A DNA stretch of 64,000 bases, from positions 89,879 to 153,878 of the forward strand of contig NIVC01002639.1 in the NCBI GenBank assembly GCA_002269645.1, given 5' to 3'. Below, in pieces: positions 21,401 through 34,159 of the stretch. The stretch comes from Macrostomum lignano (taxonomy: Eukaryota). The notes beneath the pieces are model-generated. The model saw only the letters and a list, made by a program, of their open reading frames with translations. It was not told the DNA's origin and ran no database searches. Numbering within the stretch: the stretch's first letter is position 1; each line of letters starts with the position of its first letter. The position numbers and the translations under genes were made by a program.

Positions 21401-24400
21401 CGCGGAGCACGGCAAGGTGTCAAATAAGGTTAAAAGCATGTCTTGCTAATGTCTTGATGGTAAGGTGTTTGCTCATCAAATTTACAATGCTCGCTTAGCT
21501 TTATTGCCTTGTGTGTTTTATTTATGCAAATGGCCTTTAATGCCCCAAACCCATTGGCAGAAAGCTCGGAGCTTGACTATTACGAAGTATTAATTATTAC
21601 TATTATTGGGTGGCTAGAGCATTGACGACCCTAAGTCACGATTTTTAACTGGGTAATTGAATAGTCTTTTATCCTCCGGAAATAAGCCGATCAGAAGTAG
21701 ACATCCTTTGGAGAATATAGGCTAGAGGTAAGAATAAAATGGATAATCAAGGATAGAAGGTAGAATGAAATGTAGAATCAAGGGTAGAATGAACTGTAGA
21801 ATCGAGGGTAGAATGAAATGTAGAATCAATGGTAGAATGAACTGTAGAATCGAGGGTAGAATGAACTGTAAAGTCGAGGGTAGAATGAACTGTAGAATCG
21901 AGGGTAGAATGAACTGTAAAGTCGAGGGTAGAATGAAATGTAGAATCAAGGGTAGAATGAACTGTAGAATCGAGGGTAGAATGAAATGTAGAATCAATGG
22001 TAGAATGAACTGTAGAATCGAGGGTAGAATGAACTGTAAAGTCGAGGGTAGAATGAACTGTAGAATCGAGGGTAGAATGAACTGTAGAATAGAGGGTAGA
22101 ATGAAATGTAGAATCCAGAGTAGAATGAACTGTAGAATAGAGGGTAGAATCAATTGTAGAATAGAGGGTAGAATCAACTGTAGAATAGAGGGTAGAATCA
22201 ACTGTAGAATAGAGGGTAGAATCAACTGTAGAATAGAGGGTAGAATCAACTGTAGAATAGAGGGTAGAATCAACTGTAGAATAGAGGGTAGAATCAACTG
22301 TAGAATAGAGGATAGAATCAACTGTAGAAAAGAGGGTAGAATCAACTGTAGAATAGAGGGTAGAATCAACTGTAGAATAGAGGGTAGAATCAACTGTAGA
22401 ATAGAGGGTAGAATCAACTGTAGAATAGAGGGTAGAATCAACTGTAGAAAAGAGGGTAGAATCAACTGTAGAATAGAGGGTAGAATCAACTGTAGAATAG
22501 AGGGTAGAATCAACTGTAGAATAGAGGGTATTGCGGCATGAGTTGCAGTTGCAGGATTTCTCCATCACTCGAATATGCTCAGCAAGTTTCGAGCTGTCAC
22601 TGCAATGATATGTCGCTACTTCAAGACGAAACCTCAATCCGATCATGCGACGCAGATAAAAGTACATTGGAGAGTAGCGTCGAGGGAGGTACGAGAAAGC
22701 GAGAAAAAGCAAAAAAGCTCATCATTTTGTACTTTTCAAACTAAACGATCCTCAGTTCTCTCCCTGTGGCTCAAAGCAGCCCCTCGGTCGGGGAGGGGGA
22801 TGAGGGGGCAGAGTGCCTAGCGAGTGCACTTTCTGATGACGTCAATGTGCCCTGTTGGCGCGAGCAATTTGCGTGAGCAGGAGGCGGCGGAGGTGGGGCG
22901 TGGCAATGGGAAGATTCGCTGTTGAGAGAGTGAGGCACGGAGGTGCTCCCCGGCTCAAAGCTAGGGAAGAGTGCACCACTCGGCAGTTGGCGCGGAGGTG
23001 AGGGAAGCTTCTAGTCCCCGCTCTGTCCCATAAGCCCCCCTCTGCCCGTGGCTGAACTATCATAGCAACTCTCTCCCCGGCAGGTTCTAAATTTAGATAT
23101 CTGGCAACGCAAACCCCCCCCCGTGGCCTGTCAGAGACAGACAAATTGTATTTTGTAGAAGCAGCAAGCAGAGAGCTGGGGAGACAAAAGTTGTGGAAAC
23201 AAAAGAGTTCAGGCCCTGACCGTGACTTGATTGTTGGGGGGGCGGAAAGCATAGGTCGGGTTTAGCCTTGTGTATTAAGCGGTATCTGAGACTCTGAGAG
23301 GTCCCAGTGAACTTTAAAAAGCATTCTGATCCCTGATTTTTGTTTAACAGTAAACGTTGGATTCACTTGCGTTTACTTCTATCGGTGTTAGTAAAACTGC
23401 AGGTAGAATAAGGTCACTGCAATGTCAGATATCAGTGCCAAATAAATTCTTCCATTGTTTCACAACTCAATCGCTCAGTGGCGCACCTGTTGAGCACTCA
23501 ATGCTTCCAATTCAGAATTGTAAATTGTTTTTTGCATGACTGATTTCTGAAAGCTCCAGTTCTCAGTCGAACACTTTCTCCCACTCATGTCTCCCCAGTC
23601 CCACTCTCACCCTCAAAATCCTCACCCTCTATCACCCTCTCACCCTCTATTACCCCTCTCACCCTCTATCACCCTTCTCACTCTCTATCACCCTTCTCAA
23701 ACTCTATCACCCTTCTCACCCTCTATCACCCTTCTCACTCTCTATCAGCCTTCTCAAACTCTATCACCCGTCTCACCCTCTATCACCCTTCTCACCCTCT
23801 ATCACCCTTCTCACCCTCTATCACCCTTCTCACCCTCTATCACCCTTCTCACCCTCTATCACCCTTCTCACCCTCTATCACCCTTCTCACCCTCTATCAA
23901 CATTCTCACCCTCTATTACCCCTCTCACCCTCTATCACCCTTCTCACTCTCTATCAGCCTTCTCAAACTCTATCACCCGTCTCACCCTCTATCACCCTTC
24001 TCACCCTCTATCACCCTTCTCACCCTCTATCACCCTTCTCACCCTCTATCACCCTTCTCACCCTCTATCACCCTTCTCACCCTCTATCACCCGTCTCACC
24101 CTCTATCACCCTTCTCACCCTCTATTACCCCTCTCACCCTCTATCACCCTTCTCACTCTCTATCACCCCTCTCACCCTCTATCACCCTTCTCACCCTCTA
24201 TCACCCCTCTAACCCTCTATCAGCCATCTCTCTATCACCCATCTCACCCTCTATCACCCCTCTCCCCCTCTATCTCCCTCTCAACCTCCACTATGCCTCT
24301 TACCCTCTATCACCCCTCTTACCCTCTATCACCCCTCTTACCCTCTATCACCCCTCTTACCCTCCATCACCCCTCTCACTCTCTATCAGCCCTATCACCC

Positions 24401-24909
24401 TCCGTCATTTCTCTCACCCTTTACCACCCCTCTCAGCCTCTGCATCTTTCTCCTGATAAAACACAACACTCTATCGTTCTGACCACTGACCTTGAGAATG
24501 ACTGCGGGCACAGGTGACACTCGTACGGCCTGGTGTTGCTGTGCAGCCGAACGTGCCTATTGAGCATATCGCTTCGGGTGAAACTGCGCCCGCAGAACTG
24601 GCACAGGTGGCCGCCGCTGCCGGAAGCGGTTGCTGGGGATTTCGACGCAGCAGATGGAGCTCTTGCTGGCTTTTGCTGCCTCCGATGCGGCTGCTGCGGA
24701 GGGAATACAAAATGCGGCGACAATTGCTGCTGCTGCTGCTGCTGCTGTTGTTGTTGCTGCAGTTGCTGCTGCTGCTGCAAGAAGGCCGCATTGTTGGGCG
24801 TCTGCGGTGCGCTCTGGCACATTCGAAATTGCTCCGCAAAAAAGTAAAAATTCGACTGCTGCTGCGTGTGATGTTGCTGCTGCCTCTGGAGCTGGTGCAT
24901 TCTTAGTGC

Positions 24910-24952
<43 letters not shown>

Positions 24953-25620
24953 CCCTCCATCGTGCCGAGACTGAACGGTGACGGCATCGGAGAGAACGGA
25001 TCGGACTCGAAATCAACCGACGGATGACTCGACGAACTATTCGAGCCTAACCGACGCTGGTCCGGCATCGAAGCGGAGCTCGAGTGTCGGATCTGCGGCG
25101 GTACGGCGAGCAGTCCGGAGCCGCTGCCGGCCGCCGCTTGGGCTGACGGTTCCTCCCGACCTGATAAGTAGCGGTCTCGGAGGAGCTTCTTGAAGCCGCC
25201 AGCCTGACCGACAGCGTCCGAGGACGGTTGCTGCTGCTGCGGAGGTGCATGCAGCGGCGGTGGTGGCAGCGGAGGTTGAAAGAATGCCTGCTGCGGCTGC
25301 GGCGGCGGTGGCGGCTGCTGCTGCTGTTCAAGCCTTGCTGCTTCAGCCGATGAGCCACTGCTATTTCTACGCTTCATTCGTTTCTGATAGATTTGGGCTT
25401 GACTCATCTTGTCCAGGAGGCCAGAGAAGTCCCGGTGCGGCTGTTGCTTTTGCTTCGTCATCTCCTGCTCCTGCTGCTTCAGCTGAACCGATTTGCCAGC
25501 AGCTGCCGCCGCCGAGTGATCAAAGTCGAAGTTCAACTGCCGTTTGACTCCGCGGATCAGAGGGGAAATGACGCTGCCGGCCGACTGTGGCGGCTCTGGC
25601 GGGGAAGCCTCGCCAGACAT
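18279..25620 (-). CDS. klu: Klumpfuss-like (EGR/WT1-type) C2H2 zinc-finger transcription factor, 2 coding exons, 443 aa, polyQ-rich N-terminus
   Basis: Exons 25620-24491 and 18480-18279 (phase 2, AG|gtcagt ... ttcag|A). The spliced fingers read CQFCGRSFTRSDMLNRHVRLH-CHLCPQSFSRSDHLSTHMRTHTGEKPY-CSVCNYSACRRDMITRHMKVH; the RSDML / RSDHLSTH / ACRRDMITRH series matches klumpfuss as I recall it. Confidence 0.85.
18775..20455. repeat. 48-bp (46-bp variant) minisatellite, ~35 copies, in the klu intron
   Basis: gacacagactgcatgggtttaaagagtggaatgctatcgatgattcca. Confidence 0.97.
21755..22530. repeat. 24-bp minisatellite
   Basis: tagaatcaactgtagaatagaggg variants. Confidence 0.95.
23600..24435. repeat. 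19-bp CT-rich minisatellite next to the klu donor
   Basis: caccctctatcacccttct. Confidence 0.9.
24491..25620 (-). CDS. klu: klu-like exon 1 (polyQ, zinc finger 1 and half of finger 2)
   Basis: Open frame from ATG 25620; donor gtcagt at 24490. Confidence 0.85.
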
Positions 25621-26339
25621 GCTGTTAGCAGTTAATAACAGCTAATTAGCATAATTTATTACGCTTATAGCCAGAAATTTCAACGCCGCAAGATGCGAAC
25701 AGACAGGCAGTAGAAGACAGCACAGTCCGGATTAATAATTGGCACTGCATGGAGAGCGCATCTATTTAAAAGTTTTTTTCTCTTCTCTACCCAACCAACA
25801 CTCCTTTCTCCATGTCTGTCTCTGTCACCCCCGCTCTGTCCCTCCAGAGCCAACCCGCGAAGCCCCCCCCCAAGGCCCTGGATGTTGGGAACCCCTCCTC
25901 ACCCAAGTATTGCCAGAGACCCTTAGGCAGCCACCACCCCAAACCCGCCTACAGCCGTGGGGTGGTGGGTGGCGGGAAGGGGGGTTGGCCCCGGGTGTGC
26001 GTGGGGGTGTTGGGGTAGAAAATCAGGCATGAACTTTAGTCAGACAGGGTGGGCGGAACGGTCCGGTCAGTCCAGTCCAAGCGCTTAATTGCCGCCTATC
26101 CGCCCACCTATCGCGCGACCCTCGAGAACGAGGTGTCGAATAAAAAATGAGTGTCGGTGAACACTTGATCAACGACAAGGGAAGCTCCGTTGAACATCAT
26201 CGCCCCCCCCCCCTCCTTTCGTTAGGACAAGCCTAGCTCTGACGCACTAAAAAGGTGCCAACTTTTGAGAGCGTTTTTTTATTTCTATACAATACAATCG
26301 TTTGGAGGCGTTAAAAAAACTAGTCTCGATGTAGCGTCA

Positions 26340-26760
26340 TTAGTGGCGCGCACAATTAGTGTCATTGGTGGCGCGCACAATTAGTGTCATTAGTGGCGCG
26401 CACAATTAGTGTCATTGGTGGCGCGCACAATTAGTGTCATTGGTGGCGCGCACAATTAGTGTCATTGGTGGCGCGCAAAATTAGTGTCATTGGTGGTGCG
26501 CACAATTAGTGTCATTGGTGGCGCGCACAATTAGTGTCATTGATGGCGCGCACAATTAGTGTCATTAGTGGCGCGCACAATTAGTGTCATTGGTGGCGCG
26601 CACAATTAGTGTCATTGGTGGCGCGCACAATTAGTGTCATTGGTGGCGCGCACAATTAGTGTCATTGGTGGCGCGCACAATTAGTGTCATTGGTGGCGCG
26701 CACAATTAGTGTCATTGGTGGCGCGCACAATTAGTGTCATTGGTGGTGCCACAAGGTAGT
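26340..26760. repeat. 25-bp CpG-containing minisatellite
   Basis: attagtgtcattggtggcgcgcaca x~16. Confidence 0.95.
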
Positions 26761-27349
26761 GTCATTGGTGGCGCTGCAAAGTAGCGACACAATGGTGGCG
26801 CCACAACGTAGCGACTCAATGATGGCGCCACAACGTAGCGACAATGGTGGCACCAAAAACGGGGAAGCACTACGAATAACAAAAGAATAACTAATAAACA
26901 TTTTCTCCAGAGAAAAGCAATCCGAGGCCCAGAGCATCAGGTGACTTGGGAAGGGCTGCGGACAGTGCGGAGAGCAGGTGGAGGCAACGGCCTTTTTAAC
27001 GTCCTTATAGAGAACGGCCTCGCGTCTCAAGTACTAAATTATGCTAGCTCTTTTTCAGCGGAGGTAGGAAATATAATTGCCCTCCACAACCCCATCATCG
27101 CGGAGATAGGGGGCTTATAATGGAAATAGCAGTATGCCACGCAATCTAACGCTGTACGTTCTCAGCTCACTCTGAGTAGCGAGAGCTGCACTGTAAGAGT
27201 CAAGCCTGTAATATGCTGCTTATTAATTCTTTTTAAAGTAAAGTGGCTTGGCTTATGACTGGCCTGAAAACCAGGATTTAAAAAAATGACTAGGCAAGTG
27301 CAAAACAAAAACTGCAGTGATCAGAAGACGGATGCGAGGCTGTCGCAGG

Positions 27350-27600
27350 TATGTAGTCATAATCATATTACGCTCGTAGTTATAGTCATATGTAGTCATA
27401 GTCATATTATAGTCATATGTAGTCATAGTCATATTATAGTCATATGTAGTCATAGTCATATTATAGTCATATGTAGTCATAGGCATATTATAGTCATATG
27501 TAGTCATAGTCATATTATAGTCATATGTAGTCATAGTCATATTATAGTCATATTATAGTCATATGTAGTCATAGTCATATTATAGTCATATGTAGTCACC
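27350..27600. repeat. 27-bp minisatellite
   Basis: atagtcatatgtagtcatagtcatatt. Confidence 0.9.
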
Positions 27601-27659
27601 CGTAGACACAAAAATATCCAGAAAAAAGCCAGAGAATCAAAAGGTTCAAAATGAATTGA

Positions 27660-28110
27660 GAGTCAGATTGGTCAGAACAATAGCCCGAGAGAGGTCAGGA
27701 AGAGTCGGGAAGAATCGGAGAGGTCACAGAGAGGTCAGGAAAAGTCAGAAAGAGTCAGGGAGGTCAGAGAGAGGTCAGGAAGAGTCAAGAAGAGTCAGAG
27801 AGGTCACAGAGAGGTCAGGAAGAGTCAGGAAGAGAGTCAGAGAAGTCAGAGAGAGGTCAGGAAGAGTCAGGAAGAGTCAGAGAGGTCAGAGAGAGGTCAG
27901 GAAGAGTCAGGAAGAGAGTCAGAGAAGTCAGAGAGAGGTCAGGAAGAGTCAGGAAGAGAGTCAGAGAAGTCAGAGAGAGGTCAGGAAGAGTCAGGAAGAG
28001 AGTCAGAGAGGTCAGAGAGAGGTCAGGAAAAGTCAGACAGAGTCAGAGAGGTCAGAGAGATGTCATGTAGAGTCAGAGAGGTCAGAGAGAGGTCATGTAG
28101 AGCATAAAAG
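27660..28110. repeat. Purine-rich degenerate minisatellite
   Basis: agtcagagaggtcaggaag variants. Confidence 0.85.
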
Positions 28111-28695
28111 TTGAAAAAGAGATCTAAGGAGCAGGCAGTCTAAGGGAGAACAAAAGCAAAGGGACAGAGCATCAAAAGGTGCTTTGCCAGCTGAAGATGC
28201 AGAGCCAGATGGGGAGCCAGATGAAGAGGTCTAGAACGGAGAAACGGATTTGCAGTAAAACTGTAGCCTTCACATGGAAATCTATACAGCTCAGGAAATG
28301 ATTATTTTGCTTCTATTATTAGGGATGGTGCGTCAATAAGAAGCGAACTAGGAGGAGGACTCGTGACGCACATGCCGCATCAGCAGCTGCTAGTGCGACT
28401 TCCGCCTGCTTCTCCTCTCGCACCGCCCAGTCCATTACGAAATTCAAGCTAAGCAAGGGCGAACATCTCGGCGTTTTGCCATCGAATTTCGCTACTCGAG
28501 TTACTTTATTAAACAAAATTTCCAATTTAGATAGTAGGGGGAGTAAGATAAAAACGCTTGGCGCTTAATCCTCACAAATCCTGCGCCCGGGTAGGCTGTG
28601 TCCGGTGACTGCTCAACGCCTACAGCGCTTTCAGCTTGGAAAGAATTATTTTATTCCTTTGCTCTCAGCTTTTCAGTGCAATTTGCAATGCCAGT

Positions 28696-29390
<695 letters not shown>

Positions 29391-29650
29391 TGGCTTGAAC
29401 CGATCCAGGCCGCCAGGAGTTCTTGTGCTGACCTCATTGTCAGCAAAAGTACCGCTGGAGCTGCATCCGCCGCTGGCAACCCGGATGCGCCGCCCCCTTC
29501 CCCCTGGTGCAGGCTCGCATGTATGACGCCAAAGTGCGCAGTCGCTTCTGTGAATGCAATCTCAAAAAAGTGGGACTCCGGGCCAACACTTCCTTCCTTC
29601 CTTCCCGGGCACAGAAGGGGCACCTGAGGTCCATTGTCGCTCAAAAAATG
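29391..29650 (-). mobile_element. Possible 3' end of a non-LTR retrotransposon abutting the (TCTA)n run
   Basis: GC-rich; the minus strand encodes CPFC...SHFF and HSQKRLRTL fragments resembling the C-terminal zinc knuckle of the LOA-like element, then runs into (ATCT)n. Confidence 0.35.
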
Positions 29651-30034
29651 ATGGATTTAAATGAACTTGGAGGATAATCGAGGCCCTTGCAGTTACAGCT
29701 AGGAAAGGTATTTGAGACCAATCACATTGACAGTCTTCTGCTCAAGAAATTTCCCCTCATTACTAATTTTATTGTCGGGCTGTCAGCAGCTCAATACACC
29801 GCGTACTTTTGATCGATCTTTCTTCTTACTACTCAACGATCGTTAACTAAAGCTCCGTTCCCACACGATTTTCTATTTTTGACTAACAAATCTATTTACT
29901 GCTACTTTTACTGAGTAGTGCAATTCAGACATGTTCGTAAGATTATCCACTTTGTTTCCGTCAACAGAGATACGAGCGTAGCCTTACTGACAAGCAGGCG
30001 ACGTTCCTGTCCAACGGATTTATTAATGTCTTAC

Positions 30035-30677
30035 TGGTGATTCTCCTGTCTTACTGGTGATTCTCCTGTCTTACTGGTGATTCTCCTGTCTTACTGGTGA
30101 TTCTCCTGTCTTACTGGTGATTCTCCTGTCTAACTGGTGATTCTCCTGTCTAACTGGTGATTCTCCTGTCTAACTGGTGATTCTCCTGTCTTACTGGTGA
30201 TTCTCCTGTCTTACTGGTGATTCTCCTGTCTTACTGGTGATTCTCCTGTCTCACTGGTGATTCTCCTGTCTTACTGGTGATTCTCCTGTCTTACTGGTGA
30301 TTCTCCTGTCTTACTGGTGATGTTCCTGTCTTACTGGTGATGTTCCTGTCTTACTGGTGAGGTTCCTGTCTTACTGGTGATGTTCCTGTCTTACTGGTGA
30401 TGTTCCTGTCTTACTGGTGATGTTCCTGTCTTACTGGTGATTCTCCTGTCTCACTGGTGATTCTCCTGTCTTACTGGTGATGTTCCTGTCTTACTGGTGA
30501 TTCTCCTGTCTTACTGGTGATGTTCCTGTCTTACTGGTGAGGTTCCTGTCTTACTGGTGAGGTTCCTGTCTTACTGGTGATGTTCCTGTCTTACTGGTGA
30601 GGTTCCTGTCTTACTGGTGAGGTTCCTGTCTTACTGGTGATGTTCCTGTCTTACTGGTGATTCTCCTGTCTCCTGTC
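30035..30677. repeat. 20-bp minisatellite
   Basis: tcttactggtgattctcctg x~32. Confidence 0.97.
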
Positions 30678-31090
30678 TTTGGAGGGATATCAGGGCGGTT
30701 ACTATGGCATCGTTACCTCTAGGGAAAAATCCGCATTGAGGAATTCCAACTTTGCCTCTCCGGTGTCGAGAATGCGGAGCACTTTATCTGTGAATGCCCC
30801 GCCTTTACTCAGGAGAGGCTCACCTACCTCGGCCCAAACCCGGACCTCTCCGACGTTTTTAAGCTCGAGAATGTCTGGCAGCTCCTCCGCTACCTGAGGG
30901 CTGCCGGGCGAGCGACCTTCCACCTCCTGGACTCTCCGGAGGGGGACCGCGCTGCGGACACCGGCACCACCGGATCTCTGCGCGACACCGCAACACCAGC
31001 TGCCCGTGGTCGCCAGTGGTCAGTGGAATGGACGTCAACTCCTTCCCCCGCTGTACCCCAGAGCAAGTTAAGTAAACCCTTAGCTAAGTA
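30678..31090 (+). mobile_element. 5'-truncated 3' fragment of a LOA-like non-LTR retrotransposon (subfamily distinct from the 45950 element)
   Basis: Encodes ENAEHFICECPAFTQERLTYLGPNP, matching EDA*HFVCHCHFFSRDRLRYLGPNP in the full element; shares a 3' UTR motif and a TAAG-type tail. Confidence 0.8.
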
Positions 31091-31834
31091 AAATCTTAAG
31101 AGCGGGCAAATTCTGAATGAAAAATCAGCTAGAAGCGATAGAATTTGTAATCTGAAACTAAATTTCAAATGCGAGCCATGTCTACCAACAGATATTTCAT
31201 ATTTTGTGAGACTAGTTACTGACTCTCGCATTATTAGCTAGTGAGTCACAGTGACAGACCAAGCGGCCAGCAACCCAACATTCGTTGCCAAAATTTGAGG
31301 ACTCGTTGAACTCAAAGCTGGCTGAATCTCTAGCAAGGGCTCCTCAGGTGGTGGTTGAGTCTTGCTGAGCAAATTTTACCGAATCGGCGACTTTCCTTTG
31401 TGTCTTTGAAGTTGCAACCTTCCCGCCCTCGGAGCACCATCTGCAGCTTTTGCTGGCTCAAAGCACCCCTCCCCCCAAATCAATTTGGAGCCAAAAATAT
31501 CAAAGTCTCCGATGCGTGGCTTCCTGAGATTTTCGAAATTTCTGGTAGCACCTGGGCCACGATAATTTCTCTGCGCGCAGAATGTGGCTGCAGCTGTTCG
31601 ACTCGTTTCTGCGTTGGCGGTGCTCCTAAAGGCGGGGCTGCCGAAATGCTGTAGCAGCACTCAGCCAACACAGCGCCTAAACAGCTAGAACTCCTTGTTA
31701 TCGTAGGCGCTGTCAAATGCAGGTTGCTCCATGCTTCAAGGATTTTATGATCCTAGAAAGGAAACCGCAGACGGACATTCTTACGCAACCTGCAAGCTGC
31801 CAGACGGATTCAAAGTGGATGCAGCGTTTCAATC

Positions 31835-32665
31835 TGATCTAGTCAATCTGAGCAATTCCCATTCAGTCCCTAGTCAATCTGAGCAATTCCCATTCAGTCC
31901 CTAGTCAATCTGAGCAATTCCCATTCAGTCCCTAGTCAATCTGAGCAATTCCCATTGAGCCCCTAGTCAATCTAAGCAATTCCCATTGAGCCCCTAGTCA
32001 ATCTGAGCAATTCCCATTGAGCCCCTAGTCAATCTAAGCAATTCCCATTGAGTCCCTAGTCAATCTGAGCAATTCCCATTGAGTCCTAGTCAATCTGAGC
32101 AATTCCCATTCAGTCCCTAGTCAATCTGAGCAATTCCCATTGAGTCCTAGTCAATCTGAGCAATTCCCATTCAGTCCTAGTCAATTTGAGCAATTCCCAT
32201 TCAGTCCCTAGTCAATTTGAGCAATTCCCATTCAGTCCTAGTCAATCTGAGCAATTCCCATTGAGTCCTAGTCAATCTGAGCAATTCCCATTGAGAGTCA
32301 ATCTGAGCAATTCCCATTGAGTCCTAGTCAATCTGAGCAATTCCCATTGAGTCCCTAGTCAATCTGAGCAACTCCCATTGAGTCCCTAGTCAATCTGAGC
32401 AATTCCCATTGAGTCCCTAGTCAATCTGAGCAACTCCCATTGAGTCCCTAGTCAATCTAAGCAATTCCCATTGAGTCCCTAGTCAATCTGAGCAATTCCC
32501 ATTGAGTCCTAGTCAATCTGAGCAATTCCCATTGAGTCCCTAGTCAATCTGAGCAACTCCCATTGAGTCCCTAGTCAATCTGAGCAACTCCCATTGAGTC
32601 CCTAGTCAATCTGAGCAATTCCCATTGAGTCCCTAGTCAATCTGAGCAACTCCCATTGAGTCCCT
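31835..32665. repeat. 31-bp minisatellite
   Basis: ctagtcaatctgagcaattcccattgagtcc x~27. Confidence 0.97.
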
Positions 32666-32756
32666 AATCGAACAGATAAATAAACTGCCTAGTTTGTAAG
32701 CGTTATTAATGCCTACATGATGGGTGATGCCGCAGGGAGAGGGACTTCTGGGCGCA

Positions 32757-32860
32757 GGGGGAGAGAGGGAGAGAGGCAGGGAGAGAGGCAGGGAGAGAGG
32801 CAGGGAGAGAGGCAGGGAGAGAGGCAGGGAGAGAGGCAGGGAGAAAGGCAGGGAGAGAGG
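32757..32860. repeat. 12-bp GA-rich repeat
   Basis: ggcagggagaga. Confidence 0.9.
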
Positions 32861-33019
32861 TATGATGCAGGGAGTGGGCAAGATTGGCGTTGTGCGTTGG
32901 CGGGTGACAGACAATTAAGCGGGCGATATCGATACTGATTACACACCCAATGGTAGTATGGTCTCTAGGAGATGGAAATAATTTTTCTGCTTAAAGCTTT
33001 TTGGTTGCACCTGGGGCAG

Positions 33020-33230
33020 TAGAGAGCGGAGTGCAGTATGGAGTGCAGTAGGGCGTGCAGTAGGGAGTGCAGTAGGGAGTGCAGTAGGGAGTGCAGTAGG
33101 GAGTGCAGTAGGGAGTGCTATAGGCAGTGCAGTATGGAGTGCAGTAGGGAGTGCAGTAGGCAGTGCAGTAGGGAGTGCTATAGGCAGTGCAGTAGGGAGT
33201 GCTATAGGCAGTGCAGTTAGGGGAGTGCTG
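33020..33230. repeat. 12-bp repeat
   Basis: gtgcagtaggga. Confidence 0.9.
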
Positions 33231-33613
33231 CAGGTGTCTGCAATTTAGTCATCATTTGTGTGGCTGCGGAACTGCTGAAATGGCGTAGGTTCTTTGAAGC
33301 CTCAAAGGATGCTGGGGACCCAAAATGGCTGCCTTCAATCATTCATAAATACAGATTGCACCTACAGTTCACGTTTTTCCCTGCAGAGAAAAGCAGAAAA
33401 TCAGAAAGGAGGGACCAGATGGCTGTTGCTTCTTTATAATTGTCTTCAAAAGCAATCTTAGAATTTCTGCACCTGTTTCAGACTATTTTATCCATTTGCA
33501 TGGAATTATCCTATGGAAATTTCTTGTCAATGCTTGTTTATTGGTCTCGGGCCGATGGCCAAAATTGATTCTCTGTGATCCGGTGACGCCCACGATCGAC
33601 GAGAGAGCAACAC

Positions 33614-33620
33614 TATAAAG
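33614..33620 (+). promoter_or_regulatory. Candidate TATA box of the secreted-peptide gene
   Basis: TATAAAG, with Inr-like TCACT at 33651 and a CRE half-site TGACG near 33584; 116 bp upstream of ATG 33730. Confidence 0.45.
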
Positions 33621-33729
33621 CCAGCAGGTCCGCGGGCCCGAGAGAGCTCCTCACTGAGTCACTTGCAGAGTCACCTGCACCAAGTCTCTTCTCCAGCTAT
33701 TGTATTGCAGCGAAAACGAATTAAGGGCA

Positions 33730-34154
33730 ATGTGTCGCGTTATCCGAAAGGCTGTGCTCTGTGCTAGCGTCGTATGGGTTGTAGCCATGGTAACGCAGAC
33801 GCCCGGTGTAGCCGAGTGTTGTAAGTACTCTGATATTCTGTGTGATGACTCTATCGCATTTAAACTACGATTACCTCGAAACATATACTACAGTATTTAA
33901 TGACTGTTATTGATTTATTAATTTTTCTAGCACCTATTCGACTGTCTGATTTTGACGAGGACCAGGAGAAGCCCAGGGTGATAGCCGAGCAGCGCCAGTG
34001 CGCCGTGGAGTGGCTGGTCCGCCACCTGCTGGCCCATCGTGCCAGGCAGGCCGACTGGAGCGAGGACGGCGACGTTGACCCGTCGATGTTCTCAGAGCCG
34101 CCGCGGCGTCATCATCCGCGAGTGAGGCGGCTCTACAGCCGGTTTCGGATCTGA
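33730..34154 (+). CDS. Small secreted protein / neuropeptide-like precursor, 2 exons, 104 aa
   Basis: Exons 33730-33820 and 33931-34154; intron T|gtaagt ... ttttctag|CA, phase 1 at both ends. Product MCRVIRKAVLCASVVWVVAMVTQTPGVAECSPIRLSDFDEDQEKPRVIAEQRQCAVEWLVRHLLAHRARQADWSEDGDVDPSMFSEPPRRHHPRVRRLYSRFRI. Signal-peptide-like N-terminus, RVRR site and GC-rich codons like other exons here. Confidence 0.65.
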
Positions 34155-34159
34155 ATAAA
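34154..34159 (+). terminator. Candidate polyadenylation signal overlapping the stop codon
   Basis: TGAATAAAA. Confidence 0.4.

Noticed and set aside
21722-22712. Long repetitive ORFs (ILPSILQL, STVDSTLY, INCRIEGR) and similar ORFs at 15.8, 19, 23.6, 28.7, 42, 43.6, 44.4-45.9, 51.6, 53, 58.7 and 59.8 kb
   Set aside because: These are by-products of stop-free minisatellite units. They lie inside introns, are open in several frames or strands, and lack splice or start context.
22833-22845. CTGATGA as a hammerhead ribozyme core (also at ~2833 and ~55275)
   Set aside because: No correctly placed stem II, GAAA and NUH. At 55275 the motif is itself inside a hairpin stem.
25850-26030. G-rich tract with G-quadruplex and hairpin potential upstream of klu
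   Set aside because: Real but common in GC-rich promoter-proximal DNA; nothing here distinguishes it from background.
31376-31716. Minus-strand frames faintly resembling an integrase zinc-binding region (EIIVAQVLPEISKISGSHASETL)
   Set aside because: Key His/Cys residues are missing and the frames are broken; not supportable without a profile search.
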